DNA of 64,000 nucleotides from a virus (lineage: Duplodnaviria; Caudoviricetes), in the IMG/VR virus record IMGVR_UViG_3300048549_001527. The stretch is one strand, 5' to 3'. Below, piece by piece: positions 10,068-19,095 of the stretch. Under the pieces are notes generated by a model. It was not told where the DNA came from, searched no databases, and saw nothing but the letters and a program-made list of their open reading frames with translations. The position numbers and the translations under genes are program-made. Each line of letters starts with the position of its first letter. The first letter of the stretch is position 1.

Positions 10068-13000
10068 TGGCTTTTAATTCTCTCGCAGGCGGAAAAATAA
10101 TAGGACAAGGTCGGCCGTTACCTACTCCTATTGCCTTAGATCCAGCACCATTTAAAGGTGCATTAGTTTACGGAGACGACGGTGTTGTTTATGTTTCAAA
10201 TGGCACTGCATGGGTTGACGTTGGATCCGGTGCGCAAGGCACAATCGGTATTCAAGGTAACAACGGGATCCAAGGTATTCAAGGTACATATGGTCCAGGA
10301 TTTACAATCCTAGGATCTGTTCCTGACGTTGATGCGGGAGGAAATCCACAAACAACTCTTACTACAGCATTCCCATCACCAAATATTGGTGAAGGTGTTA
10401 TTGATGAAGCTGACGATGAGTTGTGGATTTGGGATGGTACAAACTGGGTAAACATTGGAACGTTTCGCGGTGTCCAAGGTATTCAAGGTAGTATAGGCCC
10501 ACAAGGGGCTCAAGGTACAATTGGTGAAGAAGGTATTCAAGGTTCGCGCGGTGATAGAGGTGTCCAAGGCGTTCAAGGATTACAAGGTACACAGGGTCTT
10601 CAAGGCTTTACTGGCAACCAAGGTACACAAGGCGTTCAAGGTGTTCAAGGACCTCAGGCATTCCAGGGTGTTCAAGGCATTCAAGGTTTTACTGGTAATC
10701 AAGGTGTTCAAGGCCCGCAAGCATTCCAAGGTGTTCAAGGTATCCAAGGTTTTACTGGTATCCAAGGTGATACTGGCGATTTTGGTGGATTGACTTTTGA
10801 TTACACGTATGATAATACTACAACTGATGCAGACCCAGGAACGGGTATTATTCGTTTTAATAACACAGCACTAAACAGTGTTTCAATGGAAATGTATATT
10901 GACGACGAAGATGATGCTGCTGTCAATGTTATGGATGCTCTCTTAGGTGAATATGCTGGAATTGGAGGATCCGTTAAGGGTTACTTCAAAGTTATAAATG
11001 GTGCTGATGTTACTAAATATACTACTTATCGTATTGACTCAATTACAGATGCCACTGGGTATTGGAGATTGGGCATTACATATTTGTTTGGTGAAACAAG
11101 TTACACAAATGGAGCGGACTTACGAATAACATTTACCCGTAATGGTGACCAAGGCATTCAAGGTATACAAGGCCCACAGGCGTTCCAAGGTATTCAAGGT
11201 ATTCAAGGTCCTCAAGCCTTTCAAGGTATTCAAGGTATTCAAGGTTTCACTGGATCACAGGGTGCTCAAGGTCTACAAGGCTTTATCGGTATTGATGGCG
11301 GTTTTTCGTTTGACTTTAACTTTAACGCTTCAACGACTCCAAGCACAGATCCTGGAGTTAACAGTTGGAAAATTAACAACTCAAACCCAACAACCGCAAC
11401 AATCCTAACCATCGATGATATTCCCGCAGATCAATTCACAACACAAATTGATGCATTTTACGATTTCATTGATGGTCAGACTGCAACTCCTAAAGGCTAT
11501 TTGGTAATTAAAAACAGACCTACGGGTGCTAGCGGTATCGGCGGTCACCATTTTGTAATGTACGAAATTACAGATTGGACTTGGGATAGCGGTGCTAAAA
11601 ACTGGGGCTACTTCAACGTAGTTTACATTGACGGTAACGTTACTGACTGGCAAACTGTTGCATCAACTCATGGAACAAAAACTCATTTTTCATTCGTACC
11701 TGCTGGCCCAGTTGGTGTTCAAGGTAACCAAGGTGTTCAAGGCGTTCAAGGCATTCAAGGTGACTTCGGACCTCAAGGCTTTACTGGTATCCAAGGTAAT
11801 ACTGGGATCCAAGGTAACTTTGGTCCTCAAGGTATCCAAGGTTTCACTGGGGACACCGGTATTCAAGGCGCGCAAGGTGTTCAAGGTCTACAGGGTGTGC
11901 AAGGAGTACAGGGAGTACAAGGTGTTCAGGGTACCCAAGGCGTGCAAGGTGTTCAAGGCGTTCAAGGTTACACCGGTGTTTCTGGCGGAATTACATTTAC
12001 TTATAATTATAACACAACTTCAAATGTTGCCACTGATCCTGGTTCGCAAATATTCAGATTAAATAATAACACATATGCAAGTGTAACTGAAATCTTTGTT
12101 GATGCTGAAGCAGGTCCTGGTCCAGTTGACTTATCAACTCTTTATAATAGTTTTGACGCAGTCACAGGACCTTATAAATCAATTTTAAGAATTGTAGATC
12201 CTGCAAATACTGAACAATTTTTGCTTTATAAAGTTAAAGATATTACAGACAACACAGGCTGGTTTACGTTATCAGTTGAATATGTTACTCACAACGGAAT
12301 GGTATATTCTGACGGAGATGCTACGCTGTGGACATTTAGTGAAGTTGGTGCTCAAGGCGTTCAAGGTCCTCAGGCATTCCAAGGTGTTCAAGGTATTCAA
12401 GGCGAAATCCTACAAGGTGCTCAAGGTTTCACTGGTGATACTGGGCTCCAAGGTGTTCAAGGTATTCAAGGTGACTTCGGACCTGCCGGTGAATTTGGCG
12501 GTATGACATTCTCTTATGAGTTTGACACTGATAATACTGCAACGGACTTTACAGGATTTGGTAAAGTTAAATTTAACAATAGTAATTTGGCGCTCGCAAC
12601 GGCTATGTACATTGATGACCGTGATATAAACTTTGTTGATATACAAGCTTTCTTTAGATCTATGGATGAACCAACATCTGCGGTTAAAGGATTTGTTAGA
12701 ATTATTGACGCGTTCACGACATCAGACTATGCTGCATTTGAAATCACTGAAATAACAGAAGCAAGCGGATATTTTCAAATTGATGTTACATTCTCAGTTG
12801 CTTCACAAACAGCATGGAATGCCGCGGAACCAGTCAAAATAACATTTTCAAGAACAGGTGATGCTGGTACTGATGGCGCACAAGGTGTCCAGGGTATTCA
12901 AGGTAATGACGGTACAGGTGGCTCGCAAGGTACAACAGGCGCTCAAGGGATAACTGGTTTTGGTTTCCAAGGTATCCAGGGTATTCAAGGTAATGACGGT

Positions 13001-14704
13001 AACGATGGGTTTGGGTTTACAGGTACACAAGGTACACAAGGTGTCCAGGGTATCCAAGGCTTTAGCGGTACTGACGGTGACGATGGCGAGGCTGGTCTCC
13101 AAGGTGTCCAGGGTATTCAAGGTAATGACGGTAACGACGGCTTACAAGGCGCAGATGGTGTTCAAGGTATTAGCGGTAGCGATGGGTTTGGCGGAGTCGG
13201 TGTTCAAGGTAACCAAGGTGTTCAAGGTCTGCAAGGAGAAGGACCGCAGGGTGTACAAGGTATACAAGGCGCATTAGGATTTGGTTCACAAGGTATACAA
13301 GGTATCCAAGGTTTTACTGGATCACAAGGTATTGCAGCAGAAGAAGGCGGAACTGGCGCACAAGGTTTCACTGGTGGGCAAGGTGTCCAAGGTTTCCAAG
13401 GCGTAGGTATTCAAGGCGTTCAAGGTATCCAAGGTGAAAGCGGAGACGCAATACAAGGTGTTCAAGGTAACCAAGGTTTTACTGGATCAGGATCATCTGG
13501 CATCCAAGGTAACGACGGTATCCAAGGACCGCAAGGAATAGATGGTGATCTCGGAAATGAAGGTCCACAAGGTACACAAGGTTTCACTGGTGGGCAAGGT
13601 ATCCAAGGTACTGACGGTACTGGTAACGTAGGTCCGCAAGGTATACAAGGTTCCCAAGGACCACAGGGACTCCAAGGTTTTTCAGGTCTTGTAGGTGGAG
13701 CCGGTCCTCAAGGTATTCAAGGTGACCAAGGTGTTCAAGGTTTCACTGGCGCAAACGGTACTGGTGCTGACGGTGTTCAAGGTGTCCAAGGTATTCAAGG
13801 CGACTTTGGTCCTCAAGGTGTTCAAGGTGTTACTGGAACTGGTAATGCAGGGGTTCAAGGTTCGCAAGGTATCCAAGGTATTCTAGGTAACGAAGGCCCA
13901 CAAGGTGTTCAAGGTTTACAGGGTACAGCTGAAGCTTCAGAAATTATTACAAATAATGTTCACACAGCCGATGTATCTTTGCAAAACGCGGCCTTGTTCC
14001 CTGCAATGGTAGAAGGTGGAGGTGGAGCAGAACCACCATACACAACAGCCGGTATCAACCCAGGTAGTGAATCAAACTTCTATTACATTAGTTCCGAAGA
14101 TAAACTGTACGTTGAAAACATGCAGGTTGAAGGAAACATTCAGCTAACAGGTACATTGAATGGCGGATCAGGCGATTTCTTACAAGCTGATGTTGCTGAT
14201 ACAAAAACCACTGGAGACCTAACGTTTAGTAGCAACGTTGCTGCTGTCTTTGGCCCGGTAAATACTTCTAAAGTTTATTATAAATCGGCTGATGGTAAAA
14301 TGCACATCGAGCAAAAGTCAAGTGTTACTAGTTTAATAATAACAGAAGATAACGCCGGAACTATAACAACTAACTTTGAATTAACAAACTCAAGCGGTAA
14401 CTTAACTGTTAGAGGAAACGTAAATTCAACATCTGACGCAAGAACTAAGGAAAATGTTGTAACTGTTGATAATGCTCTTGATAAAGTAACAAAGCTAAGA
14501 GGTGTCTATTTTGATAAAATAGATAACCCAGGAACAAGATACTTAGGTGTCATTGCACAAGAAATACAAGAAGTCGTTCCTGAGGTTGTTTTAGACAATG
14601 GCCCAGATACTATGTTAAGTGTTTCATACGGAAACTTGGCAGGACTCTTTATTGAAGCGTTAAAAGAGTTGAAGAAAGAAGTCGACGAAATCAAAGGACT
14701 TTAA
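10067..14704 (+). CDS. Collagen-like (Gly-X-Gln) tail fibre with four globular inserts and C-terminal S74 intramolecular chaperone
   Basis: Long GxQ triplet runs; C-terminal SDARTKENV...GVIAQE...YGNL...IEALKEL motif. Confidence 0.85.
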   Translation: MAFNSLAGGKIIGQGRPLPTPIALDPAPFKGALVYGDDGVVYVSNGTAWVDVGSGAQGTIGIQGNNGIQGIQGTYGPGFTILGSVPDVDAGGNPQTTLTTAFPSPNIGEGVIDEADDELWIWDGTNWVNIGTFRGVQGIQGSIGPQGAQGTIGEEGIQGSRGDRGVQGVQGLQGTQGLQGFTGNQGTQGVQGVQGPQAFQGVQGIQGFTGNQGVQGPQAFQGVQGIQGFTGIQGDTGDFGGLTFDYTYDNTTTDADPGTGIIRFNNTALNSVSMEMYIDDEDDAAVNVMDALLGEYAGIGGSVKGYFKVINGADVTKYTTYRIDSITDATGYWRLGITYLFGETSYTNGADLRITFTRNGDQGIQGIQGPQAFQGIQGIQGPQAFQGIQGIQGFTGSQGAQGLQGFIGIDGGFSFDFNFNASTTPSTDPGVNSWKINNSNPTTATILTIDDIPADQFTTQIDAFYDFIDGQTATPKGYLVIKNRPTGASGIGGHHFVMYEITDWTWDSGAKNWGYFNVVYIDGNVTDWQTVASTHGTKTHFSFVPAGPVGVQGNQGVQGVQGIQGDFGPQGFTGIQGNTGIQGNFGPQGIQGFTGDTGIQGAQGVQGLQGVQGVQGVQGVQGTQGVQGVQGVQGYTGVSGGITFTYNYNTTSNVATDPGSQIFRLNNNTYASVTEIFVDAEAGPGPVDLSTLYNSFDAVTGPYKSILRIVDPANTEQFLLYKVKDITDNTGWFTLSVEYVTHNGMVYSDGDATLWTFSEVGAQGVQGPQAFQGVQGIQGEILQGAQGFTGDTGLQGVQGIQGDFGPAGEFGGMTFSYEFDTDNTATDFTGFGKVKFNNSNLALATAMYIDDRDINFVDIQAFFRSMDEPTSAVKGFVRIIDAFTTSDYAAFEITEITEASGYFQIDVTFSVASQTAWNAAEPVKITFSRTGDAGTDGAQGVQGIQGNDGTGGSQGTTGAQGITGFGFQGIQGIQGNDGNDGFGFTGTQGTQGVQGIQGFSGTDGDDGEAGLQGVQGIQGNDGNDGLQGADGVQGISGSDGFGGVGVQGNQGVQGLQGEGPQGVQGIQGALGFGSQGIQGIQGFTGSQGIAAEEGGTGAQGFTGGQGVQGFQGVGIQGVQGIQGESGDAIQGVQGNQGFTGSGSSGIQGNDGIQGPQGIDGDLGNEGPQGTQGFTGGQGIQGTDGTGNVGPQGIQGSQGPQGLQGFSGLVGGAGPQGIQGDQGVQGFTGANGTGADGVQGVQGIQGDFGPQGVQGVTGTGNAGVQGSQGIQGILGNEGPQGVQGLQGTAEASEIITNNVHTADVSLQNAALFPAMVEGGGGAEPPYTTAGINPGSESNFYYISSEDKLYVENMQVEGNIQLTGTLNGGSGDFLQADVADTKTTGDLTFSSNVAAVFGPVNTSKVYYKSADGKMHIEQKSSVTSLIITEDNAGTITTNFELTNSSGNLTVRGNVNSTSDARTKENVVTVDNALDKVTKLRGVYFDKIDNPGTRYLGVIAQEIQEVVPEVVLDNGPDTMLSVSYGNLAGLFIEALKELKKEVDEIKGL
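10229..13930 (+). repeat. Collagen-coding 9-nt periodic repeats rich in CAAGGT, in six blocks
   Basis: caaggtgtt/caaggtatt/caaggtatc units repeated throughout. Confidence 0.9.
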
Positions 14705-14732
14705 TCTTGAATGATCTCTGCGAAAATAAATG

Positions 14733-14760
14733 AGGGGGCTTTATGTCCCCTTATCTATTT
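14733..14760 (+). terminator. Probable intrinsic terminator after the collagen fibre gene
   Basis: AGGGGGC-TTTAT-GTCCCCT stem-loop followed by TATCTATTT. Confidence 0.6.
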
Positions 14761-14774
14761 CCCCATCTTAGTTT

Positions 14775-14782
14775 TATAAATA
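14775..14782 (+). promoter_or_regulatory. T4-type late promoter
   Basis: TATAAATA, 20 nt upstream of the ATG at 14803. Confidence 0.8.
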
Positions 14783-14802
14783 AAGAAAAAAGAGAATGAA
14801 AC

Positions 14803-15132
14803 ATGTCCACAAAAGTTAATTTATATGCAGATCAAGGAACGGACTTTCGTACCACTATCGAATTATTTGATGGTGATAACGATGAATTGGGTATAAGTAC
14901 ATATACATTCTTTTCAGATATAAGAAAAGTTTATTCCGAAACAAAAAAAGCGTCCTTTGATATAGAAACTGCAAATAATGACGTTACACTGGTATTATCT
15001 GCAAATACCACTTCAAACCTTACTCCGGGTAAGTACCAATATGATGTGTTAATGCGAAAACAATCTGGGGAGCTATCTAAAATAGTTGATGGAACAATCT
15101 TTATTCTTCCAACTATGACGGAGGTATCATGA
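14803..15132 (+). CDS. Small baseplate/fibre-attachment protein (BppU-N-like Ig fold)
   Basis: YADQGTDF...LSANTTSNLTPGKYQYDV...IVDG pattern typical of this small phage family; behind a late promoter. Confidence 0.6.
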   Translation: MSTKVNLYADQGTDFRTTIELFDGDNDELGISTYTFFSDIRKVYSETKKASFDIETANNDVTLVLSANTTSNLTPGKYQYDVLMRKQSGELSKIVDGTIFILPTMTEVS

Positions 15133-18100
15133 CCATTAAAGTTAAAGTCGGACAGCCATCCGTAAGACAAAACTTAAAAATTATTGCTAGGGGCGAAAAG
15201 AAACCGGTTATTGTACCGGACTCAGTTACCTTGGGTGTTGACACTGTTGGAAATTACATTGCTCAAATATATGCAGGCGATGGAATAATTGTTTCAAACA
15301 ACAACATAGAAACTGCAAATGTTACTATCACTCATGGTGATACTGCAAACGGCGCTACGAGTATAGTTAATCCTGAGTTGGGATTTATAAGAACGACTGA
15401 AATAGATCAGTTCGGCCATGTTATTGGATTAACTAGTACAACATTTAATTCTGCAGATTTTTCAGCAGCCAACAATGAACTATCATTAGCTGACAATTTA
15501 AATATAGATGTTGACTCAATTGTCGGCACAAGCAATACTGTAAACTTCCCAGGACAAATACTTAGCGGTGTTGAAAACCCAGTCGCAAATAACGACGTTG
15601 TAAACAAAGCATTCTTACTTCAAGAACTTGACTCTCTTGAAACAACAATTAAAGTATTTGACGATCCTATACTTCCAACTGATGCAGCGAACAAAAGATA
15701 CGTTGATGGTATTGCACAAGGTATTGTTGTAAGACCTTCGGCAATCGCAGCTACAACTGCAACACTTAGTGGAACTTATGCAACAGGTAATACTTCAGTA
15801 GGTGATACAATTACCTTAGCACCAGTTGCAACTCTTAATATTGATGGAGTTACCACTTGGGAAGTTGGCGATAACATTGTTGTTAAAGATCAAACAGATG
15901 CAAAACAAAATGGTAGCTATGATATTCTTCAAGTCGGTGATGCAACGACATCTTGGATTTTAAGAAGAGCTAAATGGCAATATTCATCTGATGATTTACC
16001 AGGATCTTTTGAATTTGTTACAGATGGTACTGTAAACGGACAAACAAGTTGGGTTATTACCGTTGCGGATGCAGAAAGCTTTGCAGTTAATATTGACGAT
16101 ATTACATGGACTCAGTTTTCAGGTGTAGGAACATTTACAGCTGGTACGGGATTAACTTTAAACGGTACTGAGTTTGTAGTTAACGAATCACAAATCATTG
16201 AAACTATCAATACGCCAAATCAATCGTTTTTAATAAACGGTACCGGCGCTATAAAAATCCCAGCCGGTGAAACAGTAGATCGTCCTACTCCAGCGTCAGG
16301 TATGCTTCGCTTTAATACAACAGATGGTAGATTTGAAGCATATGATGGATCGCAATGGGCAGGTCTTGCTGGTTCAGTTATTGACGTTGACCAAGATACT
16401 AAAATCATTGCCGAAAGCGCGGCTGGTACAGATAATGACCAACTTCAATTCTATACAGCTGGAAACCTATCAGCTCAGATTGATAACGATGGCACATTTA
16501 AAGTTTATGATAGATTTGTTTTACCAACAGGAAATACCGCAGTAAGATTTTCGCCATCTGCACAAGGTTCAATTAGATTTAACACAGAAGATTTAATCTT
16601 TGAAGGTTATGATGGAACAGCTTGGGCTGGTTTAGGTGGTGTGGTTGATGGCGACCAAGATACAAAAATCACGGCGGAAAGCGCTCCTGGTGTTGATGAA
16701 GATCAATTACAATTTTTTACAAACGGAACTTTAGCTGCTAAAATTGACAACGCAAATAACGCATTCTTTTATGGTGATGTTGATATTACAGGTAATCTTA
16801 CACTTGGTGGAAATATTACAATCGGTGACCAACAAACCGACTCTATTGAAGTTATTGCAGACTTTACAAGTAATCTTGTACCAAACGAAGACTCAACATA
16901 TAATTTAGGTTCATCAGTTAACAATTGGTATAAATTGTGGATTGATGAAATCAAAAATAAAGATAATATAATTAAGATTGCTTCCACAGGATCTTTGATA
17001 TTACCAGTAGGCGCAACAGGAGACCGTCCAACTGCAGCCACAGGTATGATTCGTTATAACACTTCTACTTCTCAGTTTGAAGGTTACGACGGAAATGCGT
17101 GGGCAGGTTTAGGTGGTATTATTGACGGCGACCAAGATACTCTTATTAAAGCTGAGTCGTCTGCAGGAGCCGATAACGATGAATTAGAATTTATCGCAGG
17201 CGGTACAAGTCAATTAAAAATTGGTACTCAAATTGTTGCTAATTCTACAATTACATCAACTGGTGATTTGGTGCTTGATGCACCGGCCAACAGTCATATC
17301 AGTGTAAGTAATAACAGAATTATTAATGTAGGAACTCCAGTTAACGCTAATGATGCTGCAACAAAAAGTTACGTTGATACTTTTGAGTCAGTACTTACAG
17401 TTACTGACGGTGCAAATACTTTTAATAATATTGACCTTATCCAATCACCTACCCTTACACTCGGTAGAGGTATGGCGGTTGAAGAAGAACAAGCTTCTAA
17501 CAATGCTATCACAATTGGCGTCGAGCAATCAGGTGTAACCGCAGGCCTTTATGGCCAAGATGGATTTTCTCCAAGAATTGCGATTGACGATACTGGACGA
17601 ATTACATTTGCTACTGACATCCCAGTTGAACTTCAAGCTAATGCTATTCCTGACTTTACTGAAACCGTGCATGACCTTGTCGGCGAAATGTTTAGAAACA
17701 ATATTGAAGAAGGCATTAGAATTACTCATGACGATGCTAACGACAAAATTGATGTTGTCATTACTGCAGACTTTGTCGAAAGTTTTAACGCAGGATTTGG
17801 TATTACAATTGACCACACTGTTGAAACTGGTTCTGTTGCCAATGTTTCAATTAATACAGTGGAAACTGACGCAAGATATCCAAAATTGGATGGCGGTGCT
17901 AATGCTGTATTTACAGACACAATTACCGCAACACAGTTTATAGATGCCGATGATAATTCATTCTTTGCGGATCCTGCATCTGAAAGTAGTTTCAATACAC
18001 TGAAACTCGGTGAAGGTCAAAACAGTACTCAAATCAAATTTAGAGGCAGTGAAGGTACTGCATACTTAAACTCAGACGGTAAGAAAATACGCTTTCTTAA

Positions 18101-19025
18101 CTCAGGATTTGGTACAGGGTTTGAATATGACAGATCTACTGGAAATGTTGATATTCCAGGCGGTGATGTATTAGCTGAAAGATTTATTGATACTGACGAC
18201 CAAACATATATGATCCATCCAGGCGGTTCTGGCTCTAAAATTAAATCTATAGAAATAACCGAAACTGCTACCGTAGGCAATTTAACTCTTACTGGAAATC
18301 AGCTTACATCAAATACAGGTATAGTTAGTCTCGCCACAAATAAAATTGCAAATTTAGGTACTCCTACAGATGCAAATGATGCTACAAATAAATCATATGT
18401 TGATAGCGTTGTCCAAGGTGTTGTTGTAAGGCCTTCGGTTCTTGCCGCAACAGTTGCCGATTTAAGTGGTACTTATAATAGTAACGATGGAACAATTACC
18501 TTATCAGCTAACACAACTCTTGATATTGATGGCGTTGTGGATTGGGTACTCGGCGAAACATTACTTGTTAAAGATCAAACTAATGCTCTACAAAATGGTG
18601 CATACGAAGTAACAACCGTAGGTGATGCTAGTACTGATTGGGTATTCACTAGAACTGTTTATTCAAATGACTCAGCAGAAATACCTGGAAGTTTCCACTT
18701 TGTAACCGACGGCGATACATATCGTAATACAGGTTGGGTGGCAACGGTTGTAGATGCTGAGTCTTTTGTAATCGGAGTTGGTGATATTGTTTGGACTCAG
18801 TTCTCAGGATCTGGTACATTTACTGCTGGCGTTGGTCTAACATTAACAGGAACCGAGTTTTCAATAACTAATCCACAAATTACTATTTCTGGTGAAAGTG
18901 GGGCAAACCAAGATATATCATTAGGTGGAACTTTAGAGTTTGAAGGTACAGATGGAGTAAATACGACTATCTCTGCCGGTAAAGTTTCCATCGCTGTTGA
19001 TGAGATTGATGGTGGTACGTTTTAA
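15129..19025 (+). CDS. Modular baseplate/tail fibre protein, 1,298 aa
   Basis: Three PxGxTxxRP..G.IRFN....FEGYDG.AWAGLGG..D.DQDT repeats; two copies of a VRPS..AAT...VKDQT...QNG.Y domain; ends IDGGTF. Confidence 0.75.
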   Translation: MTIKVKVGQPSVRQNLKIIARGEKKPVIVPDSVTLGVDTVGNYIAQIYAGDGIIVSNNNIETANVTITHGDTANGATSIVNPELGFIRTTEIDQFGHVIGLTSTTFNSADFSAANNELSLADNLNIDVDSIVGTSNTVNFPGQILSGVENPVANNDVVNKAFLLQELDSLETTIKVFDDPILPTDAANKRYVDGIAQGIVVRPSAIAATTATLSGTYATGNTSVGDTITLAPVATLNIDGVTTWEVGDNIVVKDQTDAKQNGSYDILQVGDATTSWILRRAKWQYSSDDLPGSFEFVTDGTVNGQTSWVITVADAESFAVNIDDITWTQFSGVGTFTAGTGLTLNGTEFVVNESQIIETINTPNQSFLINGTGAIKIPAGETVDRPTPASGMLRFNTTDGRFEAYDGSQWAGLAGSVIDVDQDTKIIAESAAGTDNDQLQFYTAGNLSAQIDNDGTFKVYDRFVLPTGNTAVRFSPSAQGSIRFNTEDLIFEGYDGTAWAGLGGVVDGDQDTKITAESAPGVDEDQLQFFTNGTLAAKIDNANNAFFYGDVDITGNLTLGGNITIGDQQTDSIEVIADFTSNLVPNEDSTYNLGSSVNNWYKLWIDEIKNKDNIIKIASTGSLILPVGATGDRPTAATGMIRYNTSTSQFEGYDGNAWAGLGGIIDGDQDTLIKAESSAGADNDELEFIAGGTSQLKIGTQIVANSTITSTGDLVLDAPANSHISVSNNRIINVGTPVNANDAATKSYVDTFESVLTVTDGANTFNNIDLIQSPTLTLGRGMAVEEEQASNNAITIGVEQSGVTAGLYGQDGFSPRIAIDDTGRITFATDIPVELQANAIPDFTETVHDLVGEMFRNNIEEGIRITHDDANDKIDVVITADFVESFNAGFGITIDHTVETGSVANVSINTVETDARYPKLDGGANAVFTDTITATQFIDADDNSFFADPASESSFNTLKLGEGQNSTQIKFRGSEGTAYLNSDGKKIRFLNSGFGTGFEYDRSTGNVDIPGGDVLAERFIDTDDQTYMIHPGGSGSKIKSIEITETATVGNLTLTGNQLTSNTGIVSLATNKIANLGTPTDANDATNKSYVDSVVQGVVVRPSVLAATVADLSGTYNSNDGTITLSANTTLDIDGVVDWVLGETLLVKDQTNALQNGAYEVTTVGDASTDWVFTRTVYSNDSAEIPGSFHFVTDGDTYRNTGWVATVVDAESFVIGVGDIVWTQFSGSGTFTAGVGLTLTGTEFSITNPQITISGESGANQDISLGGTLEFEGTDGVNTTISAGKVSIAVDEIDGGTF

Positions 19026-19095
19026 CTAATTGTTTTAACAAACCATAGAGTATTATTATTAAGGTATATACCTATTATAACAAAGGGACATAGAT

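Noticed and set aside
10376-13886. Many 60-144-aa ORFs on other frames and strands (KVFKVFK.., TLNTLDTL..)
   Set aside because: Shadows of the CAAGGT collagen repeat, which lacks stops in those frames; no SD, no independent coding signal
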